A DNA stretch of 64,000 nt. It comes from Octopus sinensis. Taxonomy: Eukaryota. A program made the translations under genes and the position numbers. Location: the NCBI RefSeq assembly GCF_006345805.1, contig NC_043020.1, positions 24,986,001-25,050,000 of the forward strand, written 5' to 3'. Of the stretch, positions 1 through 13,104 are shown in pieces. The notes under the pieces were generated by a model that made no database searches, had not been told where the DNA came from, and saw only the letters and a program-made list of their open reading frames with translations. Each line of letters starts with the position of its first letter. Position 1 is the stretch's first letter.

Positions 1-287
1 GGAAGAAATTTGCGCATTTTTACCATAGATATAATTGGCATTCAGGATGTTTTATAATATATCAGCTACATTAACATATATCACATCATCATTATCATCA
101 TCATCATCATTTTAATGTCCACTTTTCTGTGCTTGCATAGGTCAGGGGAATTTTTTTGAGGCAGTTATTTGACAGCCAGATACTCGTCTTGTTGCTAACA
201 TCCACCTGTTTACAAGCAAATTAATGTTACCTCTTGTCTTTTAAAGATAAATTACTCGATGACCGGACACATTTTCAAAGAAAACGG

Positions 288-387
288 NNNNNNNNNNNNN
301 NNNNNNNNNNNNNNNNNNNNNNNNNNNNNNNNNNNNNNNNNNNNNNNNNNNNNNNNNNNNNNNNNNNNNNNNNNNNNNNNNNNNNNN
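288..387. other. assembly gap (100 N)
   Basis: Run of exactly 100 N. Confidence 0.99.
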
Positions 388-453
388 CAACCCCTGTAAT
401 TACACTTAGATCCCTCATGGCGTCTGATGTGGCTTTTTAAACCCGACCATGTT

Positions 454-762
454 TTAAAAAGTCACTAACATAGATTGCATACGATTTGGACCATCAAAAG
501 CTGCAGATAAATTCTGATCTTTGTGGATCTTAAAATGTCTTTTGAGGCCTCCTTTCGATTTGCAGACCTTATGACATACATTGCATTGAAAGGTGTGCAC
601 AGATATATGTAGGTAGAATAATTGATGGAGTTTGTTTTCCATGGGTTCGTAGATGTTATTTGCGCCCAGACTGTGCACACAAAATTGTCATTGTGATTCA
701 CCTTCTCGATCGTAACATTCTTTAAATCTCTGTTGAGTCTTACATCCTGGCCTCTTCAAACA
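454..762 (-). mobile_element. decayed 3' end of a LINE ORF with terminal C2H2 zinc finger
   Basis: Minus strand reads FEEAR..KRMLRSRR (broken by stops/frameshift), then FQCNVCHKVCKSKGGLKRHFKIH. This is a single C2H2 finger at the ORF end, as in several APE-type LINE C-termini. Confidence 0.55.
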
Positions 763-780
763 TAAATACATACATACATA

Positions 781-900
781 ATTGTGGCCCTAGGATATGT
801 AACACACACTGCCTAAATACCATCTTGAGAAATTAGGCTTCTCAAAACTAGAAAAACAACAGATTCAATCTATCACTGGAACTTTCCAGATTTTCATTTA
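781..900 (+). mobile_element. extreme C-terminal fragment of a REL-endonuclease non-LTR element
   Basis: IVALGYV..HLEKLGFSKLEK..IQSITGT resembles the C-terminus read at 1640-1790. Confidence 0.45.
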
Positions 901-1199
901 AATATATATATGACATGTCTAGATATGTAACTATATACATGAGAATACATATCTAAAGCAAAACATGCATATCTTCCCATATACATACATACATACAAAC
1001 AAACAAACAAAATATACCTGTTGTTGATGAAATTCTAATGAAGGAGCCTAGGCTCTAGCTTAGAAACCGGATCTTTCTCTATTGGCAATCTTGAAATAAA
1101 CTGATAAATGACATGCATACATACATACATACATACATACATACATACATACATACATACATACATACATACATACATACATACATACATAGAGGGACA

Positions 1200-1792
1200 G
1201 TGACGCTCTTGTAATCCCAAGGTGCAATCGCATGTGTAGGCTATATCGTGTTTCTGTGGAAGACATTACGCATGTGATTAGCGGCTGTCCTAAAATGTCG
1301 TCACGGTATTACCTCCCTATGCGGTACGATGTTGTTGCTAAAACAATTTACAATGACACCCGCACAAACCTGAAATAAACTTAGAAAACATTCATAAACA
1401 CCAACTCAAGGAATACTGGTGGAACATTCCCATCAAAACGTCTGTCAAATGTAAACATAACATGCCAGATATTGTTGTTTGGGACAGATGGATACGGGTT
1501 TGTACCATCATAGAGGTCAACTACCCTGCAGATATAATTATCTCTTTCAAAATCAAAGAAAAGAGAATATCTATGTACAACTGCTTCGATACCTCTAGCT
1601 TCTATATCCAGACTATAAATTCATATACATACCAATATTAATTGGAGCACTAGGTTTTGTTAGCAAATGCTTAAAGAAGATTCTGGATAAACCGGGATTT
1701 TCGGAGAGAGAAATTGAGTGGAACAGTAAAAATGCGCATGAGTTTTCTCAAGTTCCAAACGTGAATTTGTCCGTGTTAACTACATCTTAAAG
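1200..1792 (+). mobile_element. 3' fragment of R2-group (REL) non-LTR retrotransposon: CCHC knuckle plus REL endonuclease
   Basis: [36 protein letters not shown] (knuckle with C->Y) and EYWWNIPIKTSVKCKHNMPDIVVWD..IIEVNYPAD (PD..D-type REL motif), then YIPILIGALG. Stops and frameshifts are present. Confidence 0.85.
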
Positions 1793-2029
1793 ATGGAGCT
1801 CTGTATCTTTGTTGGAAACCGGCAGATTTATAATAATAAAAAAAATAGAAGAGACATACCGACATACATAGATGGTATATAGAAAAATATGGCGTATTCG
1901 TTTGTTTAGTGGAGGAGATGGTGTATATAATATATGCAGCAAAACATATACATTAGCGTAAAATATATAAAAAAACATTAACTAATATTAGGTGTAACAT
2001 GTGTATACTGTCGCATATATATATGTATA

Positions 2030-2414
2030 TAAATGTGTGTATGTACGCATATATATGTACGTATAAAAGTAATTATACATGTCTTTATGAGCGTGAGTGT
2101 GTGTCAATTGTGCCAGTTTGTGTCTGTGTAGTAACCTAAGATGCACCCCGACAAATAATTGTATACGTCCTCACGCATATTCAGATGAAAAGTGCGTCTA
2201 TGTGTGCGCGTGTATGTATTTGTATATATATATATATGTATGAATGTATGCGTGTATGTATGTATATGCACATGTATATAGACAGAAACATATATGGGCA
2301 TATATGTACCTGTTCTACGTATATATCTGTGACTCACAATTTCTCCTTCTCACTATTTCGCTCTCTGTATGCATATGTGCGCGCGAGATGATGTTTGTGC
2401 GTATCTGCGTGTGT

Positions 2415-2449
<35 letters not shown>

Positions 2450-2509
2450 AGAGAGGCAGTGAGAGAGATAAGCTTATATGTCAATACAAATAAAAGTACA
2501 TATATATAT

Positions 2510-2541
<32 letters not shown>

Positions 2542-2926
2542 TAATATACGTATGTATATTTACACACATGTATATAAACATATATATATACATCTATCCA
2601 TAGAGGCATATATGCATGCACTCTTATAAGCAGATATGCAGATACACATAATATGCATATATACATATATGGCCGTATATGTATTTATACATATATGTAT
2701 GTTGGCATATACGCATTTATACACATAGCTGTATATACATACATATTAATATAAGCACAAATATATCCATGCTTCCAACAGAACCAAGTGAGCCGTAGTA
2801 AATGGCAAGCATAGAAATAACATGATTCTATCTCTGACTCGCTTTAACTCAACTAAATTACATCACACATTGTGACTTCATACATACATATATATATATA
2901 CATATGTATATATATATACATATTAT

Positions 2927-2979
<53 letters not shown>

Positions 2980-3647
2980 CACATATGTATATATACATAT
3001 TGTCTATGCTGGGGTGTTGTGTGTGCATGTACGTATATATATATTGTAATTTTCCGCTTTTCTGGATCACAATGTAATTAACGGAAAGCTTGCGGTTTTC
3101 ATTAACCCATTCTGTAGAAGCTTGGTGACCCAGTTGTCACAAGGACAAAATATGGTAAAACGAGGAGATAATTGTAGGAGTAACGATACTATTTTTAATA
3201 AGACATTACTTCCATTGACATATTTGGACGTATGTGTGTACATACATATATATATGTGTGTGTGAGGGGAGGGTGAACGTATTAATATTGCATATTGATA
3301 TAATATACATGTTACGGGTATGTAAGTTGTATATATACATATATATGTTCGGATATATCAATATATGTAGAGGTATGTATGTATGTGTGTGTATATATAT
3401 ATACACACACACACACATATATATACATATGTTCGTATATATCAATATATCTACATGTATGTATGTGTATATATATATACGTATATGTATATATAAATAA
3501 TAAATATATACATATATATATATATATATATACATACATATGTGTACATACATACATATATATGTATATATACATATACACATTTACATACATATATATA
3601 CATACACACATTCACACATACATGCATACATACATACATATATATAT

Positions 3648-3696
<49 letters not shown>

Positions 3697-3715
3697 GACA
3701 TATGCATTAACAAGT
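2030..3715. repeat. compound microsatellite field (TA)n/(TG)n/(GA)n/(TACA)n
   Basis: Directly visible simple repeats; source of many spurious ORFs. Confidence 0.95.
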
Positions 3716-4914
3716 AGTGGAAATAGGAGTTACCAATCTGTGAAATCGCAATGATATAAATGTTAGATCTGTTATAAAGCTGCCGCCGTAGCTGGCGTCT
3801 GATCAATGCCTGAGGTTGAACTTAAAATAATCCTTCGTCTCTTCCAACATGGCTGACACATGAGATGAGAAGCATTTTTAAGAAATATCATGGGCCTAAC
3901 AGCTTCTGGTTTAATCTTGATAGTCTCCCTTTGGACGAGTATGACATTGATATCCTGTTAATAAATAACCAGCCCTTTACGAAAGACGACTCAATGACGG
4001 TTGCCTTGGTTTGCCTCTACCTCTCTCCGCAACTGTAGAAGTTTACATATTTGTTTATGGTTCACTTAGCTGGGCAAGGACGTTGTTCCTGATCTTCAAA
4101 TAACCACCAACTATGGGACGGTTCTTTTCTTCTTTCATCTTGGTCAATGCAGTATGCTTTATGATCTTGTGAAGGTGGTCTGAGAAACTGACAATCAATT
4201 CAGATCCAAATATAATCGAGGCGCTTTCGAGCAGTTTTTCTTCAACCTAGACTGATTCGCAAGCGTCCACACGAGACTATGGTAGCAGACCCATATCCAT
4301 GATGCAGAGATTGCGATCGAACCCTCAAACCCATGATTAGAAAGTGACGTCTTTATCATTTTTGCATAAGGTGTGTTTACATGTATGTTGACAGTATATA
4401 TTATGTGTGTACAAATACGTAAATACATTGGTGTGTAAAGCATGACAAAAATTCTTTATATAAATTTTTAACTTATCTAATTCTTGTATGTCTTCCTGTG
4501 TATGAAGTACAGAATGTTTGTGTACGTTGGGTCATGTTTGTATATATACAAATTGCAATATGTTTATATACATGCCTTCGCCTGCTTGTATGTATGTGTG
4601 TGTATTAAAGAGGTTCTGTTCAGTTTGCGATGTGTGTACTTATACACCCCGCTATAAGCTATTTGTTTTCTCAGAAATCTCTCTGAATATATATTTATTT
4701 AACAGCAGCATTATACACACACGCATAAACGCACATACACACACACATAGTGTGTGTGTATGTATACATATATATATGTATGTATATACACGCATACGGT
4801 ACGCATGCGCACACAAATACGTATACGCTTGTCAAAAGCAAAATCAAATTAAATTTTAGAAAGTTAATTTTGTGAAGACCTTTGACTACCTGAAATGGTT
4901 TCGTTGGGATTCTC

Positions 4915-5400
4915 ATTCTTGATGATGCTGTTGTTGCTGCTGTTGTTGATGATGATAAGATGTTATTAGTATTGTTGTTGTTGTTGTTGATATTCTCATT
5001 GTTGATGCTTTCGATTTTTTTTGTTTTTCTTTTCTCTCCGATCAATAAAACTGAGCTAACAAGTTTCTTAAAGAATATTCGACAATTACTACTACCACCA
5101 CCACCACCACCATCAACGCCACCGCTGCAGCCACAACTACTACGAAAACGTCGACGACCACCAGTTACTACTACCACCACCACTATCAATCCACTATTAC
5201 AGCTACTACAACCACCATCATCTCTGCTCTCAACCTCACCCTCCACCACCATCCCCACTACCACCGCCAACACCTTGCAGTCACCTTTAGAACCATTATG
5301 ATCCCCCTCCACCCCCTCCCCGTCCACCATCACCATCACATCTATTACCACCACAATTATCCCCACCCTACTGCTACAGACCTCTTTACGTCATCAATCC
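4915..5400. repeat. trinucleotide low-complexity tract (TGT/CCA/CTA)
   Basis: Directly visible degenerate trinucleotide repeats. Confidence 0.9.
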
Positions 5401-5419
5401 CTACCACACACTAATCACT

Positions 5420-5645
5420 TTTATTATGATTCGTTTCCATTTTGGCACAAGGCCAGCACTTTTTAGGGGGTGGCGTAAAACAACTTAATCGACCCCCCTA
5501 CACACACACACACTCTGCACAAATTTTATCGACCTTGGAAAGATGGGAGGCAAACTTGGTGGAATTTGAAGTCAGAAAGTAAAGAGCCGGAAGTAATGCT
5601 ACTGAGCATTTTGTCCGACGCGCTAACCATTCTATAAGCTCACCG
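5420..5645 (-). mobile_element. SINE family B (decayed)
   Basis: Reverse complement resembles the GGCGAGCTGGCAGAAACGTTAGC...GAGTTCAAATTCCGCCGAGGTCGAC family at 57917. Confidence 0.65.
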
Positions 5646-6150
5646 GTTGCTTTTCAGTTGTCGCTCGTCTTGATAGAAAAAAGCAAATAAATCTGTTAAT
5701 TACATATTAAAGAAAGAAGACCACATCAGATAATGCGATCCGAGGTACAATATCCTCTGAAGCGTGATGGTCACGGTTGGTTTGCTTGATCATAACAATG
5801 CTGGACCAAGCCTAACCTGGGGCTAAACAACCACAACGATAATAACAATCAACCTCAAACTGTTCCGTGATCAAAGCTGATCCATATATGACCACACCAT
5901 CTTATACTCAGGCTTCGTGTATCTTGAACAACGTTATCGAATGTATCTCTCATTGGTGTTACTATTTAACCCCAAGCCGGCTTTAATCCAGTGGTTCCAT
6001 GATCAAGCATGTTCCATAAATGACAACACCGTCATACAGTCAGGTAAAGTGTAAGTAGGACTACATTATAAAATGTGTCATTCCGTTTTTCAGACAGTAG
6101 ATACCTCTCTCTCCCTCATCTCTCTCTCTCTTTCCCTCTCCCTCTCCTTT

Positions 6151-6191
<41 letters not shown>

Positions 6192-6464
6192 TGTACCGAG
6201 GGTCACGACAACCCCTGTGAGAACAGACTTGACCGAGAGACTATAATAGTAGAGGTCTGAGTGAGTTCATCGCAAGAAGTCGTAAGGTGTCGTAATATCG
6301 TCTGTTGGTTGGTGAATATTTCGTGGAGATTTTATTGGATTGTTACGTTGTTGTTACTCTGCTTTCTTATATATTTTATTGTTACTACACGGTCATAGTG
6401 TAAGTAAGTATCGTCATAACTAATGGCGATGCTACAATAATTGGTGGCGAGTAATTACGTTACA
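6192..6464 (-). mobile_element. probable solo LTR
   Basis: 273 bp bounded by TG...CA with imperfect terminal inverted repeat (TGTACCG / CGTTACA). On the minus strand TATATAAG is followed by AATAAA. Flanked by (CT)n; no TSD seen. Confidence 0.5.
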
Positions 6465-7119
6465 ATACTCTCCCACTCCCTCTCCATTGCTGTCTCTCTC
6501 TCGCTCTCCTTTGCTCTCTCTCTCTCTCGCTCTCCTTTGCTCTCTCTCTTTCTCTCTTTATTTATCTCTCTCTCGTGCGCGCTCCCTCTCGTTCGCTCGC
6601 TCGCTCGCTTTTTCTTGCTATTTCTCTTTCCATGTACCATGCCTACAGGCCCCGGTGATCTCGGACCGTCAATCCAATTTCTGCAGATCCATAATTTTTC
6701 TTGGGAAGGATAGAGCAAATGGCATCCTGTTCCCTTCTGCTGGTTTATTTAACGTTTCCTCTACTTGTCTCTACTTGCCCTTAAGAAGCAAGGCCCAATT
6801 AACTCTTAAGCAGGGAGAGTCATTCCTGGACATCAAGGCATGGCGATATATCGGTAGGCCGTTTTGCAAGTCCTGTATATTTTAGCTGCAGTGATATCTT
6901 ATGATAATTTATCTATACAGGAGCGCCTCACAGGTACTACCACCGTGGGCCAGAGTGAATCTAGGAGTAGCTGTGACTAGGGAGTAACACCATACTCCCC
7001 AAAATTCCCAACCCCACAAGCTGGAGTCTCGCCGCTTGCTTTAGTTAAATGTCTTGTCTAGAAAGGTGCGATTTGAAGAAAATTTGCCTGATCCATTTGT
7101 GGGAAAATCGTGATGAACA

Positions 7120-7340
7120 CTGATGATGGCCATCATTGTAATGATGATGATGATGTTGATAATGACGAGGATGAGGTGGACGACAACGATGGTGTTGGGG
7201 CTGGTGGTGAGGGTTGTGATAATGATGGACAGGAGGAGGAGGAGAAAGAGGATGAGAAACAGGAGGATAAAGAATGGTAGTAGTAGTAGTAGTAGTAGTA
7301 GTAGGAGGAGGAGGAGGAGGAGGGTGAAGACGTAATGATG
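7120..7340. repeat. trinucleotide low-complexity tract (GAT/GGA/TAG)
   Basis: Directly visible. Confidence 0.9.
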
Positions 7341-7630
7341 ACGCCAATCATGTTGATCATTTGCTTTTAATTATTCCCTGTCCAATCAATTATGTTAATC
7401 AGTTCTTGAATTTCAGATAATTTACTGCAGGTCCCCCTCCTCATCGTTGAATTATCTAACAATGATGTATGTATATTTGTTTAGCAATGTTTAACACGCC
7501 TGTGTGTATGTATCGATGTGTGTGTGTGTGCATCCATATAATTGTATATCAACATTGATATTTATGTACTCGCACGTCATATATATATCCACAAACACAT
7601 ATATATGTACATGAGCATATACATATGTAT

Positions 7631-7680
<50 letters not shown>

Positions 7681-8483
7681 ATCCGTGCATGGAAGTGTTT
7701 CTGTGCGTGTATAAATTTGTATTGAAGTGGTTGATGGCTACCAGCAGTTCTCGAGACGTTAAATGGCGCAGAAGATATGGTGTGTATATGCGAAATGGAT
7801 CTAGATTCTGATAGCATAGATACAGTGTATATAAAATGAACTGGATAAAAATTTCGACTGGATAAGCTGGTTGTGTGGAGGTTGTGTGAGTATACAGTGT
7901 GTGTGAGGGGGGGGATGTGTTGAGTATGAATGTTAACTGGGTATATTTAGTGATGCTGGTATGTTGATGCTGAACGATAAACAGTGTGTAGGTATTTTCT
8001 GGTTAGAAAGATTCTAAAGACGAAAAAATATCATCCTCATCCTCATCACAACCAGCACCATCACTGCCACCACTGCCCTCGCAATTACCCTCATCACGCC
8101 CACACTACCTCCACCACTTCTACCCTGCATCTGTGCCACAACCACCATCGCCATTAAGGCACCACCTGTTGTTCACCGTTGTAACTCTACAGTTAGATTC
8201 TTGAACATTCTCTTGATAACATGAAAGATAATGGATTGATAACGGTGGGTGATGGAAATAACGGTGGTGGTGGTGGTCATCGTCGTTGTGGGGGTGGTAG
8301 TGATTGTTGTAAAGGTGTTATTATGCCTATAGGAAGAAATAAACTTATCCAAAACATAAATGTATATGTACATCTATATTTATATATATATACAACAAGA
8401 AATAATATTTGTCTCTTCTAGCAGAAACTAAAGGGTTTATAGGACTGCAAAAGAAGTGCTCAAGTATAAATGAGACGAAGATA

Positions 8484-8715
8484 AAGAAGCATTGGTTAAA
8501 GAACATTAAATTTGGGTGAACGACTTTACATACCACACCACCCCTCAAACATTTAATCATATATAAAAATCACCATAGTTCACAAACACATAAAAATAAT
8601 AGATATACATAAAATCACAGAAGGTAAAAATATATAATCGAATAAAATACAAATAGAACGGCCTACAACAATGTTAAATATAAACGGCTAAAACTTCAAA
8701 ATCTACCGAAAAAGC
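8484..8715 (+). repeat. left arm of ~232-bp inverted repeat (partner 9731-9963)
   Basis: AAGAAGCATTGG...CGAAAAAGC is the near reverse complement of 9731-9963. Confidence 0.9.
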
Positions 8716-8768
8716 CTAATAGACAAATATAAAAAAGTAAAGGTAAAAATAAAAATAAAATGAATATA

Positions 8769-9183
8769 GGCGCAGGAGTGGCTGTGTGGTAAGTAGCTTG
8801 CTAACCAACCACATGGTTCCGGGTTCAGTCCCACTGCGTGGCATCTTGGGCAAGTGTCTTCTGCTGTAGCCCCGGGCCGACCAATGCCTTGTGAGTGGAT
8901 TTGGTAGACGGAAACTGAAAGAAGCCTGTCGTATATATGTATATATATATATATATATATATGTCTGTGTGTGTTTGTGTGTCTGTGTTTGTCCCCCTAG
9001 CATTGCTTGACAACCGATGCTGGTGTGTTTACGTCCCCGTAACTTAGCGGTTCGGCAAAAGAGACCGATAGAATAAGTACTAGGCTTACAAAGAATAAGT
9101 CTTAGGGTCGATTTGCTCGACTAAAGGCGGTGCTCCAGCATGGCCACAGTCAAATGACTGAAACAATTAAAAGAGTAAAGAGT
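8769..9183 (+). mobile_element. SINE family A, full length, with internal microsatellite
   Basis: tRNA-like A box TGGCTGTGTGG and B box GGTTCAGTCCC, internal (TA)n(TG)n, AAGAGT-repeat tail. Confidence 0.9.
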
Positions 9184-9730
9184 ATCCAAAGACTAAAAAA
9201 TTTTTATCAGACGATTAAAATATTCTTTTTCAATAAATTTTTTTTAAATATTTGAAAAAAGTCTTTTACTTACCTCATACAAGTACGTCCAAGGTTCACA
9301 AATAAACAGACTGCCACCGGTCAAATTCACATATATCTAGAAAAAAGTATTTTACTCCTTCCACACAAGTACGTCCAAAAGTTCATAATGAGCAAATTCC
9401 ACAGCTCAAATTCAACATTCACATATATCTGTGGCCATTTCGGGAGCTCACCACTGCAGTTTATTTACACTAAAGTGCAACATGACCCCTCATCAAGATA
9501 AACATGAAACTGGAGACACGAACAGATAAAAAAATTTTAAGAAAACCTTACACTTGTTAATGAAAAGCTTATATAATTTAAAAGAAAAACCCGTCAACGG
9601 ACCAGTCCAATTTTTTTAATAAAAAGAAAATAAATAAATAAAAATCTATTGCTAAACACTTCGGTTGCTATAGTTAACAGAAGTTCAACCTCGCCGGTTT
9701 CGACGCTAAACAATTTTATTACATTATTAC

Positions 9731-9963
9731 GCTTTTTTGGTAGTTTTTGAATTTTTAGCCGTTTATATTTAACATTCTTGGTAGGCCGTTCTATTTGTAT
9801 TTTATTCGATTATATATTTTTACCTTCTGTGATTTTATGTATATCTATTATTTTTATGTGTTTGTAACCCATGGTGTTTTTTATATATGATTACATGTTT
9901 GAGGGGTGGTGTGGTATGTAAAGTCGCTCACCCAAATTTAATGTTCTATAACCAATGCTTCTT
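9731..9963 (-). repeat. right arm of ~232-bp inverted repeat (partner 8484-8715)
   Basis: Reverse-complement match; ends exactly where the RTE begins. Confidence 0.9.
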
Positions 9964-12625
9964 GGTGATCATACAATGAACTTTTCGGGCAATAGTAAGA
10001 CCAGATAACATGGGGTGGGATTTGTTCTATACAAGAAAATATCCAAGTGTGTTGAAAGTTACCAGACCATGAGTGATTGAGTGATTACCATTCGCATCAA
10101 AGACAAACCCAACAACATCACATTGCTACAAATCTACGCACCGAATGCCGACGTCGAAGAAGAGGAGATTGAACAATTCTATGCAGAAATTCAGGGAGCA
10201 ATCGAGAAAACACCACGAGCAGATATTGTATATATTCTGGAAGATTTCAATGCCAAAATGGAGAAAGGGCAGCAGCAGACATTGTTGGCAAATTTGGATT
10301 AGGAGAACGGAATGAAGCAGGAGACTGACTGGTCCAATTTTGTCAAGAACAAAACATACTTGGTTTCGGCAACCAAGGAGACGGCTATACGCCTGGACGT
10401 CGCCAAGTGGACAGTACCGCAATCAAATCGACTACATCCTATGTCAGCAACAGTGGAAGAGTTCAGTCCAAGCTGTGAAGACGTTCCCTGGGGCAGACTG
10501 TGAATCTGACCATAAAGTTCTGGTTGCCAAGATCAAGATGCGACTCTGCAGCGTCAAGCGACCACCCGCTTGCCTGAAATTTGATACCAACAAGATCAGT
10601 CCATCATATGCCGCTGAGATCAGAAACCGTTTCGAACTGCTCGCCATCGAAGAGAATCAAGAAGCAGAAGAAATATGGGAGAAGGTGAAGGAAATTGTCG
10701 TTGAAACAGCAGAGAAACATGTACTGTACAAGAAACCCATACGATCAGCAAAGTGGATTTCGGAGGAGACTATTGCAATAGCAGAAGAAAGAAGGAGAGC
10801 AAAGATGACCAGAAGCAGGGATGAAGTGCGGCGACTGAATGCAATGTTCCAACAGGCCACCAGGAAGGACAAAGAGAAATACTGGAATGAGGAATGTGCA
10901 AGGGCAGAGGAGGCATACAGGAAAGGGAACATGAGAGAACTTTACCAACATGTAAAGAAGACCCGTACAGCATTCATGGCCAGACAAGCAACCATCCGAG
11001 GGAGAAATGGTGAAGAACTGCATGACCAAGAAGGGATTAGCAAAAGATGGAAAGAGTACACTGAACAGTTGTACGCAGGGAACAACCTCGATGAACAAGC
11101 AGAAGAGAAGCCACTGGAACTGGAACTGGAGCCAGACATCCTGGAGGATGAGGTGGTATGGGTAATGAAACAGCTGGCCAACCGAAAAGCCCCAGGTACT
11201 GATGGTATTCCACTAAGATTACACAAGCCAATACCAACAAAAACACTAACATCGCTTTGCCAACGAATACGATGAACCTGTAAGTGGACAAGGGAATGGA
11301 AGAGGTCGGTTTTCATCCCAATACCAAAGAAAAGGACTGCGCAAACTACCGTACCATCACCCTGATCCCCCATGTAAGCAAAATTCTCCTTAAAATCATC
11401 CAGAAACGCCTGAACACAACTATTGAGAGAGAATTGCCAGAGGTGCAAGCTGGTTTCAGCAAAGGAAGAGGCACCCGCTATCACATCGCCAACCTACGGT
11501 GGATTATGGAAAGGGCAATAGAATACCAAAAGAAGCTGTACATGTGTTTCATCGATTACTCCAAAGACTTTGACAGCATTGATCATGACAAGTTATGGAA
11601 ATGTCTGGAGGAAATGGAAACACCTTTACACCTTGTCCAGCGTATTAGATCACTCTATCGAAAACAAGAGGCTACAGTACGGACAGCATATGGCGACACT
11701 GATTGGTTTGAGATTGGAAAAGGCACCCGGCAAGGTTGCATCCTGTCACCAGCAGCCTTCAACATATACGCTGAAAAGGTCATGAGGAATGCAGGCCTGG
11801 AGGATTGCAGCATTGGAGTGAGGATTGGAGGAAGAAATATTAATAACCTTCGCTATGCAGATGATACAACCCTGCTGGCGGAGAGTAGTAAGGATCTGGA
11901 GGAACTTGTCCTGCTGGTCAAGAAAGAGAGTGAGAAATTTGGGCTGTACCTCAATGTTAAGAAAACGAAGACCATGTCAACAGCAGCCACAACAAACATC
12001 AGCATCAAGATCGATAATGAAGAGATCGAAGTGGTTGAAGATTTCATCTTCCTTGGCTCCAAAATAAATCGAGATGGTGACTGCACTCCAGAAATTAGAC
12101 GTCGAATACTACTAGGCAGAGAGGCAATGGTCAGCATGAGCAGGGTCTGGAAGAGTAGAGACATCAGACTCACTATCAAATGCAGATTGGTGAATTCAAT
12201 TGTCTTCCCAGTAGCAAAATATGGATGCGAGACCTGGACACTAAAGAAAGCTGACCATAAGACAATAAATGCATTCGAGCTTTGGAGTTAGAGAAGACTT
12301 TTACGGATTCCATGGACAGCGAGGCTCACCAATGGAGAAGTTCTTAATGAAATCAGGCCGAAACTGTCCCTAGACGCTAGAATCACCGAGCATAGATTGA
12401 CATATTTCGGTCATATTATGCGGAGAAAATCCCTGAAGAAGGACATCATGCTCGGAATGGTCAGTGGCAAGAGAGGAAGATGCCGGCCAAGAACCCGCTG
12501 GCTTGACACCATCAAGAATGATACCGGAATGGACATGGCCAATCTGAAGGAAGTGGCCCAGGATACAACTGACTGGAGGACACTGATCCATCGAGTTACC
12601 GAGAGTCGACTTCGATTGAGCAGAT
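9964..12625 (+). mobile_element. RTE-clade LINE, 5'-truncated, APE plus RT, disrupted
   Basis: APE motifs (QIYAP, GDFNAK-like EDFNAK, NQIDYIL, SDH) and RT motifs (NYRTITLIPHVSK, QAGFSKGRGT, RQGCILSP, NLRYADD). C-terminal GKRGRCRPRTRWLD. Broken into ORFs 10081-10302, 10340-11275, 11284-12291 and 12397-. Confidence 0.95.
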
Positions 12626-12628
12626 ATA

Positions 12629-12664
<36 letters not shown>

Positions 12665-12720
12665 AGATGTACTCGCATAGCAAGTAATTTGATCTGAGAT
12701 CGTGTGCTGAAACGAAAATA

Positions 12721-12990
12721 ATTGCAGCGTGGAAGGTGTTTATAAGCCATTTAAGAAACACACAACAGCCGTTCGATTCACTTCAACATTTAAGTTTAAT
12801 TTGTCAAAATATTTTCGTGGCTAAAATCCGCGACCTGTTCACTGACAAAGATGCAGCACGGACTTTGTCAGTGAACAGGTCGCGGATTTTAGCGACGAAA
12901 ATATTTTGACAAATTAAACTTAAATGTTGAAGTGAATCGAACGGCTGTTGTGTGTTTCTTAAATGGCTTATAAACACCTTCCACGCTGCA

Positions 12991-12992
<2 letters not shown>
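12721..12992. repeat. near-perfect palindrome, 130-bp arms, 12-bp spacer
   Basis: 12721-12850 versus 12863-12992 are reverse complements, with one G-G mismatch seen (12819/12894). Confidence 0.95.
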
Positions 12993-13066
<74 letters not shown>

Positions 13067-13073
13067 ATGCGTG

Positions 13074-13104
<31 letters not shown>

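Noticed and set aside
454-678. C2H2 zinc finger as a host transcription-factor gene
   Set aside because: Single finger, no TGEKP linker, and upstream context is a broken LINE-like C-terminus.
4695-5366. Longer poly-V/G/T/P/H/I ORFs (also 7045-7360, 18206-18860, 20299-21183, 25890-26146, 36193-36597)
   Set aside because: Trinucleotide or CT-rich low-complexity DNA with no domain content.
8769-8850. SINE heads as tRNA genes
   Set aside because: A/B boxes are present but no cloverleaf; they continue into multi-copy SINE bodies.
9680-9745. Minus-strand CGAAACCGG as a hammerhead
   Set aside because: No CUGANGA and no NUH triplet in register.
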